Shown here in pieces: positions 58,892-64,000 of a DNA stretch of 64,000 nt (within the stretch, counting starts at the first letter, position 1; each line of letters starts with the position of its first letter). The notes under the pieces were generated by a model. The model ran no database searches. It was not told the origin of the DNA and saw only the letters and a list, made by a program, of their open reading frames with translations. The stretch is from Myxococcota bacterium (GTDB lineage: Bacteria; Myxococcota_A; SURF-8): positions 1,248,001 to 1,312,000 of the forward strand of contig CAXXQS010000001.1 in assembly GCA_963674735.2 (NCBI GenBank), given 5' to 3'. The position numbers and the translations under genes were made by a program.

Positions 58892-59848
58892 ATGGCGCAG
58901 ATCAATGCGGCGATGATTAAAGAGCTTCGTGAAAAAACCGGAGCCGGTATGCTGGACTGCAAAAAAGCCCTGGACGAGAGCAACTGTGATTTGCAGGCGG
59001 CGATTGATATCCTTCGTAAAAAAGGTCTTTCTGCGGCCGCCAAGAAGTCGGGACGCATTACGTCTGAAGGGCTGGTAGCCTCGATGATCAGCGATGATCT
59101 GTTGCAGGGAGCTTTGCTGGAAGTCAACTGTGAGACGGACTTCGTGGCTCGCAACCCGGATTTTCAAGCCTATGTCAGCGATGTTCTCGCTCAGGTTAAC
59201 CAGTTCGATCCTCAAGGCGTGAAGGCGGAAGAGGGAGACAACGCGCTCGAAAATCAGAAATGGATTCGCGACGAGAGCAAAACGGTCAAAGAGGCCACCT
59301 CTGAGCTGATCGGCACGATCGGTGAGAATATTTCACCGCGCCGTTTCGTCCGTTGGACCGTTCAGGGAGAGGGCCGTCTCAATACGTATATCCATATGGG
59401 CGGCAAGTTGGGTGTGCTGGTCGAAATCGGCTGTGGCAAAGATATTGCGACCCATCCTGCGGTGGAACAGTTCGGCAAGCAGGTTGGTATGCAGATCGCG
59501 GCCGCTTTCCCCATCGCGCTCGAACGTGGTGATATTTCCGAAGATTTGTTGTCGCGTGAACGCGAAATCGCCCGTACCCAGGCGATCGAATCGGGTAAGC
59601 CCGAAAAGATCATGGAAAAAATCGTCGAAGGAAAAGTCAATAAATTCTACAAAGAGAATTGTTTGCTCGAACAAGAATGGGTCCATGACACTTCGATGAC
59701 CGTTACCAAAGCCATGGCGGCGGCGGCCAAGGAAGCGGGTGGTGACATCACTCTGAGGCGTTATGCGCGCTATCAGCTGGGCGAAGGCCTGGAAAAACGC
59801 TCCACCGATCTCGTGGGTGAAGTGGCGGCCCAGTTGGAAGGTAAATAA
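58892..59848 (+). CDS. tsf: Elongation factor Ts
   Basis: KELREKTGAGMLDCKKAL, EVNCETDFVA. Confidence 0.99.
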   Translation: MAQINAAMIKELREKTGAGMLDCKKALDESNCDLQAAIDILRKKGLSAAAKKSGRITSEGLVASMISDDLLQGALLEVNCETDFVARNPDFQAYVSDVLAQVNQFDPQGVKAEEGDNALENQKWIRDESKTVKEATSELIGTIGENISPRRFVRWTVQGEGRLNTYIHMGGKLGVLVEIGCGKDIATHPAVEQFGKQVGMQIAAAFPIALERGDISEDLLSREREIARTQAIESGKPEKIMEKIVEGKVNKFYKENCLLEQEWVHDTSMTVTKAMAAAAKEAGGDITLRRYARYQLGEGLEKRSTDLVGEVAAQLEGK

Positions 59849-59851
59849 GCG

Positions 59852-60562
59852 ATGAGCAAGCCTCGGCGTGTTCTACTCAAAATGTCGGGCGAGGCTCTCC
59901 GCTCGTCGACTTGCGAAAGCGTCATCGATACCTCGATCCTGAGCGCCTTAGCCGTTCAGATTCAGGATGCCGTTAAGGCCGGTATCGAAGTGGCGATCGT
60001 GGTTGGCGGGGGAAACATTTATCGCGGCGCAATCGGACAGCAACTCGGTATGGATCGCGTTCGTGGTGACTATATGGGCATGACGGCCACGGTGATCAAC
60101 GCCTTGGCCATCGAATCTGCTCTTGAGCTTCAAGGCGTGCCTGCCGAAACGCAGTCCGCCATCTCCATCGGACGCGTCGCTTTGGACTTCGATCAACCGG
60201 GCGCGATCAAAGCCTTGGAAAAAGGAAAGGTTGTCGTCTTGGGTGGTGGAACCGGTAACCCGTACTTCACGACCGATACGGCGGCGGCCTTGCGTGCGGT
60301 GGAGCTTAAATGCGACACCCTCCTCAAAGCAACGAAAGTCGATGGCGTCTATTCGGCGGATCCGGTTACGAACCCCGATGCCGAGTTGTTCTCGGAGTTG
60401 AGCTTCGAAGACGTTCTCTCGCGGAATTTACGCGTTATGGATCAGACGGCCTTTTCGTTGTGTCGTGAAAATGGTCTGCCCATTCAAGTGTTCAATCTGG
60501 CGGGTGATGATAATGTTCGCCGGTCGTTGATGGGAGAGAGAGTCGGAACGCTGGTTCACTGA
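59852..60562 (+). CDS. pyrH: Uridylate kinase
   Basis: LLKMSGEAL, VGGGNIYRG, GNPYFTTDTAAALRA. Confidence 0.98.
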   Translation: MSKPRRVLLKMSGEALRSSTCESVIDTSILSALAVQIQDAVKAGIEVAIVVGGGNIYRGAIGQQLGMDRVRGDYMGMTATVINALAIESALELQGVPAETQSAISIGRVALDFDQPGAIKALEKGKVVVLGGGTGNPYFTTDTAAALRAVELKCDTLLKATKVDGVYSADPVTNPDAELFSELSFEDVLSRNLRVMDQTAFSLCRENGLPIQVFNLAGDDNVRRSLMGERVGTLVH

Positions 60563-60587
60563 GTGCTTGCTTATTCGAGACTATACG

Positions 60588-60614
60588 ACCCCGGGACATG
60601 CTCCCGGGGTTTTT
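60588..60614 (+). terminator. Intrinsic terminator after pyrH
   Basis: accccggga-catgc-tcccggggttttt. Confidence 0.8.
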
Positions 60615-60730
60615 AGTTTGGAATATCCTCTCCAGTTTATGTGAGAAGGAAACAAGGGATTTTCGACATCCAATCCACGATTTGATACAATCAGTCCGCA
60701 AAATCCGATAACGATTTCAAACGAGGGCGC

Positions 60731-62344
60731 ATGATCGAGCACGAAAATCAAACTACCACTCAAAATCGGTCTGAAGAATTGTCCGATTGGCGATGTTTGG
60801 TGGTGCTGGTCGTTGGCGGCTTGATTTTACGACTTCTTCTGCTTCCTTTTGCCGATCACATCGGGGGCGACGCAACCGACCGGACATTCTGGGCTTGGGA
60901 GTGGGCCGAGAACCCGACGTGGCTGTTTTCGGGAACCTGGGGACCGTTTTACGTCTATCTGTTCGGTCCGCTCTTACGAATATTCGGTCACCCGCTGACA
61001 ACGCCGATCATGGTCAACGCCTTACTAGGGTCGCTGACGGCCATTCCGGTTTACCTGTGGGCTCGGTTATCCTTCACGCGAAGCTGGGCCTGGTTCGCAT
61101 CTGCCGTCGTTTTGCTTTTCCCCCTTGCCTTTCATAGCAGCCTGACCGCTCTCTCCGGCACCCCGTTCGTGTTTTTCGTGGCTTGGGCGATGTATTTTCT
61201 GGCAAGGGCTATGAAACGCGATGGGCGTCTGTTCGATGCGTTGGCTTCCGGCTTTTGCATGACACTCGCATCCGGTCTGCGTTACGAAGCCTGGCCTTTG
61301 ATGGCATTGCTGGCGCTGATGATCATCCGAAAACCCCGATTGTTTTTGGCTTTCTGCCTGGCAGCCGGGGTACATCCGCTGGCGTGGATGATCGGTTGCT
61401 GGTTTGAGCAAGGGGATTTTTTATACAGCGTGAACGCGGCGAAAGCTTTTCAACTGACCGCTTTAAATGCTAATCAATCCGTGAGCTTAGGCGTGTTGGC
61501 TTATCGCCTTGCCTACTTTCCCGCCGCTTTCTTTTTCGGATTTACACCTCTTGCCGCCTTCACGACCTTTGTCGGGATGGGGGTTGCCATTCGCCGAAAG
61601 AGTGCGCTTCGTGTGTGGTTGTTACCGGCTTTAGGTATGATGGCTGTTTACATGATTCGTGCTCTGGATGCCTCTTTGATGACACGACCGCGGTTTTTGG
61701 TCCTAATCGGTGTTTTAGTTGCTCCATTTGCGGCACTTGGGATGCGCGCTATCGCGGAAAAGTCGCGTCGAGGGCGCGTTGTGGCCATCGCCATTTTACT
61801 GAGTATGCTACCGCTCTCTTATCTGGAGTTCAAACCGGCACCCGCGCTGGGTGTTATAAATAAAATCATTCCAAATCAGATCGAGGCGATTCCTCGCATG
61901 GCCATTATCGAAGGTTTCAGTCCTGTCATGCAATTGGACCGTCTTCGATTGAGGCTGCGAGAGGCTGCGCAAAAAGAAGGGGCGGCCATTCTCGATTTCA
62001 TCGGAGCTTCGGAAAGCGGTTATTTAGCGATACATACGCAGCTACATCCCCGAAATCTCTATCGATCCTATGGATATACAGCAGAGAACCCCGCCGCCTT
62101 AGCCTTGTTTGTCCACGACCACCCAATTGGTGTACTGATGCTCTACCCCGGTTCACCGTTATCGCGAGTTTTACGTGTCGACCACACGAGTGGACGCCTT
62201 TTCATCCGTGACCAACCTATCTGGATTGACATCGATTTTATCGAATCCATCGAGCGCGTTTCTTTGTATCGATATCGATTGAACGAGAATAATCCACGCA
62301 AGACATCCCCCATCCCCGAACTCGACCTGCCACCTGTGGAATGA
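60731..62344 (+). CDS. GT-C fold membrane glycosyltransferase (ArnT/PMT_2-like)
   Basis: LILRL..GGDA first-loop acidic motif, WGPFY, LRYEAW, multiple TM segments. Confidence 0.72.
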   Translation: MIEHENQTTTQNRSEELSDWRCLVVLVVGGLILRLLLLPFADHIGGDATDRTFWAWEWAENPTWLFSGTWGPFYVYLFGPLLRIFGHPLTTPIMVNALLGSLTAIPVYLWARLSFTRSWAWFASAVVLLFPLAFHSSLTALSGTPFVFFVAWAMYFLARAMKRDGRLFDALASGFCMTLASGLRYEAWPLMALLALMIIRKPRLFLAFCLAAGVHPLAWMIGCWFEQGDFLYSVNAAKAFQLTALNANQSVSLGVLAYRLAYFPAAFFFGFTPLAAFTTFVGMGVAIRRKSALRVWLLPALGMMAVYMIRALDASLMTRPRFLVLIGVLVAPFAALGMRAIAEKSRRGRVVAIAILLSMLPLSYLEFKPAPALGVINKIIPNQIEAIPRMAIIEGFSPVMQLDRLRLRLREAAQKEGAAILDFIGASESGYLAIHTQLHPRNLYRSYGYTAENPAALALFVHDHPIGVLMLYPGSPLSRVLRVDHTSGRLFIRDQPIWIDIDFIESIERVSLYRYRLNENNPRKTSPIPELDLPPVE

Positions 62345-62523
62345 CGCGTGCCACTTTCTCTGCCGGCAAGTCGGCAATAGCTCGCCCTATCAAATCGTTT
62401 GCCATCACTGAACTTGACTTTCCGGGTAAAAGCGGAGATTAATAAGGATCACTGGAAGAAACGATACACTCACGACATGCAGTAATGGCCGGATAGCGAT
62501 CCGGTAAAGTGGAGGGTGCGCTC

Positions 62524-64000
62524 ATGGACGCGAGAGTCTTTAGCTGCAATACAGTCAAGTCTTTATTGCTGGTTTTAATTGTTGTCGCAATGGGGATCGC
62601 GTGTGGCGACACCGGTTCGATCACAAGCGACCCGGATGGCGATTTCGAGAGCGGTGAAATCGGCGAAGGTTGCGCCAGCGATGAAGAATGCGGTGACGGC
62701 AAGGTTTGTCATGGCGGACAGTGTCTCGCTCCTGAAGAAAGTCCGTGTATCGATGGGGGACTATGTCTGTACGACAGCGACTGCGGGGAAGGGCGGATCT
62801 GCAACGATCTATGCGCCTGTACGGGAGAAGACGGCGACCTCGATGATGAAGGGGGTCGCGATAGCGATACGGAGTTCTTGCCCGACGATTGCGAGAGAGG
62901 GGCGCAAATCAGCGCCGAAGTCGAGTTGGACTTTGGGTTTGTACCTTACGGTACGGAAGCCCTTGAAAGTCTGCATATAACCAGCCTGTGCGCGGATGTA
63001 CCGCTTAACATTACTCACGTCGAAATCGTTTCAACCAGTACGGAATTTCGTTTCGCTGACGAAAATACATGGCCGCAAACTCTCGATAGTCTCAACGATG
63101 TACTGAAACTGGATATCATCTATCAGCCTCAAAATGCCGGGGTCGACGAAGGCGAGATCATCATCAGTTCCAACGACCCGGACGGCGTGTACCATGTCAG
63201 TTTGGTCACGCATTACAAGGGCACCGTGGACATCGATGTTTCTCCGGCATCAATCGACTTCCGCGATGTGGTAGTGGGAGATCCGGCCAGCGAAAAAACG
63301 TTGATCGTAAAAAATCTGCCCGGAGAACAACAGGATAACGCCGTCTTACGTATTAACGATGTTTACTTCGAATCAGGATCATCCGTTGTTTTCGACATCA
63401 GCGAATTGGAGCTTCCGTTTTATCTCGGACAGGGCCAACAAACGGAATTGACCGTTGCTTGTCAGCCTCCGAGTGCCGGTGAATTTTCCGACAAGTTGGT
63501 TTTTGAAAGCAACGATCCGGACGAGCCGAGCCTATCGGTCGAATTGCTTTGCAAAGGTGTTGAGCCGATTTTAGCCGTGGAAGTATTGGACGATCAAAAC
63601 CGGCTGGATTTTGGATTGCAGCGGGTGGCGGTGCCGGTCAGTGTCGATCTGACCTTGTCGAATGCGGGCGGGGGAATCTTGACCGTCCAGGTGCCGCAGT
63701 TGGTGGCGGGATTGTCGGACGCTTTCAGCATCGATACCAGCGCCTTCAATGGGGCCGAACAGCAGTTACAGGCGGGAGAAAACGTGATTTTACCGGTGAC
63801 GTTCAATGGCCTAACGGCTGGAGAGTATACCGGGCAGATCAGCATCGACAGCGATACAAACGGTGCGCAAACCTTCATCGTGAATTTACTGGGCCGCTCT
63901 GTTGCCTCCGCTGTGGGAGCCGATCCGGAACAACTGGATTTCGGACCGTTACGTGTGGGGCAGCAATATACGTTGACCCTGGCCTTGGTTAACGAGGGAG
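62524..64000 (+). CDS. Surface lipoprotein with Cys-rich N-terminus and tandem choice-of-anchor-D/ASH-like Ig domains, 3' end beyond window
   Basis: Absent from the ORF track. GGAGG RBS, ATG 62524, lipobox GIAC, DPDGDF, CxSDEEC, then LDFGFV..ISSNDP, IDFRDV..ESNDP, LDFGLQ, LDFGPL. I read the frame as open to 64000. Confidence 0.9.
   Translation, partial: MDARVFSCNTVKSLLLVLIVVAMGIACGDTGSITSDPDGDFESGEIGEGCASDEECGDGKVCHGGQCLAPEESPCIDGGLCLYDSDCGEGRICNDLCACTGEDGDLDDEGGRDSDTEFLPDDCERGAQISAEVELDFGFVPYGTEALESLHITSLCADVPLNITHVEIVSTSTEFRFADENTWPQTLDSLNDVLKLDIIYQPQNAGVDEGEIIISSNDPDGVYHVSLVTHYKGTVDIDVSPASIDFRDVVVGDPASEKTLIVKNLPGEQQDNAVLRINDVYFESGSSVVFDISELELPFYLGQGQQTELTVACQPPSAGEFSDKLVFESNDPDEPSLSVELLCKGVEPILAVEVLDDQNRLDFGLQRVAVPVSVDLTLSNAGGGILTVQVPQLVAGLSDAFSIDTSAFNGAEQQLQAGENVILPVTFNGLTAGEYTGQISIDSDTNGAQTFIVNLLGRSVASAVGADPEQLDFGPLRVGQQYTLTLALVNEG

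Noticed and set aside
62579-63878. Short ORFs near the right edge
   Set aside because: Overlap the continuous + strand frame starting at 62524.

Overview
Bacterial chromosome segment, most consistent with an anaerobic Myxococcota/deltaproteobacterium-like organism (inferred from gene content only). I found no tRNA, rRNA, CRISPR array or mobile element. Housekeeping genes: rpsB-tsf-pyrH (frr is not adjacent), a DEAD-box helicase, a Uup-like ABC-F, pepD, a phosphohexomutase, corA, a PEPCK-like protein and a TolC/RND efflux operon. These are interleaved with many secreted Cys-rich proteins and lipoproteins. Two of these are large genes at the window edges that the ORF track misses, and one is a 1473-aa protein with a 14x168-bp repeat array. 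The others include a CglD-like vWA lipoprotein, a frameshifted Kelch lipoprotein and a 1584-aa Zn-metalloprotease paired with a beta-barrel. Best candidates for undescribed systems: (1) a four-gene operon of FadR regulator, non-PFL glycyl radical enzyme, activase and tandem split-barrel flavoprotein-like gene, with a visible operator; (2) an active/inactive pair of TPR-DUF3857-transglutaminase-like proteins between giant Cys-rich surface proteins; (3) an Asp-Gly-Asp (DGD) linker shared by six exported proteins; (4) a ~340-nt multi-hairpin leader upstream of the DEAD-box helicase. All family calls come from motif recognition by eye, with no database searches.
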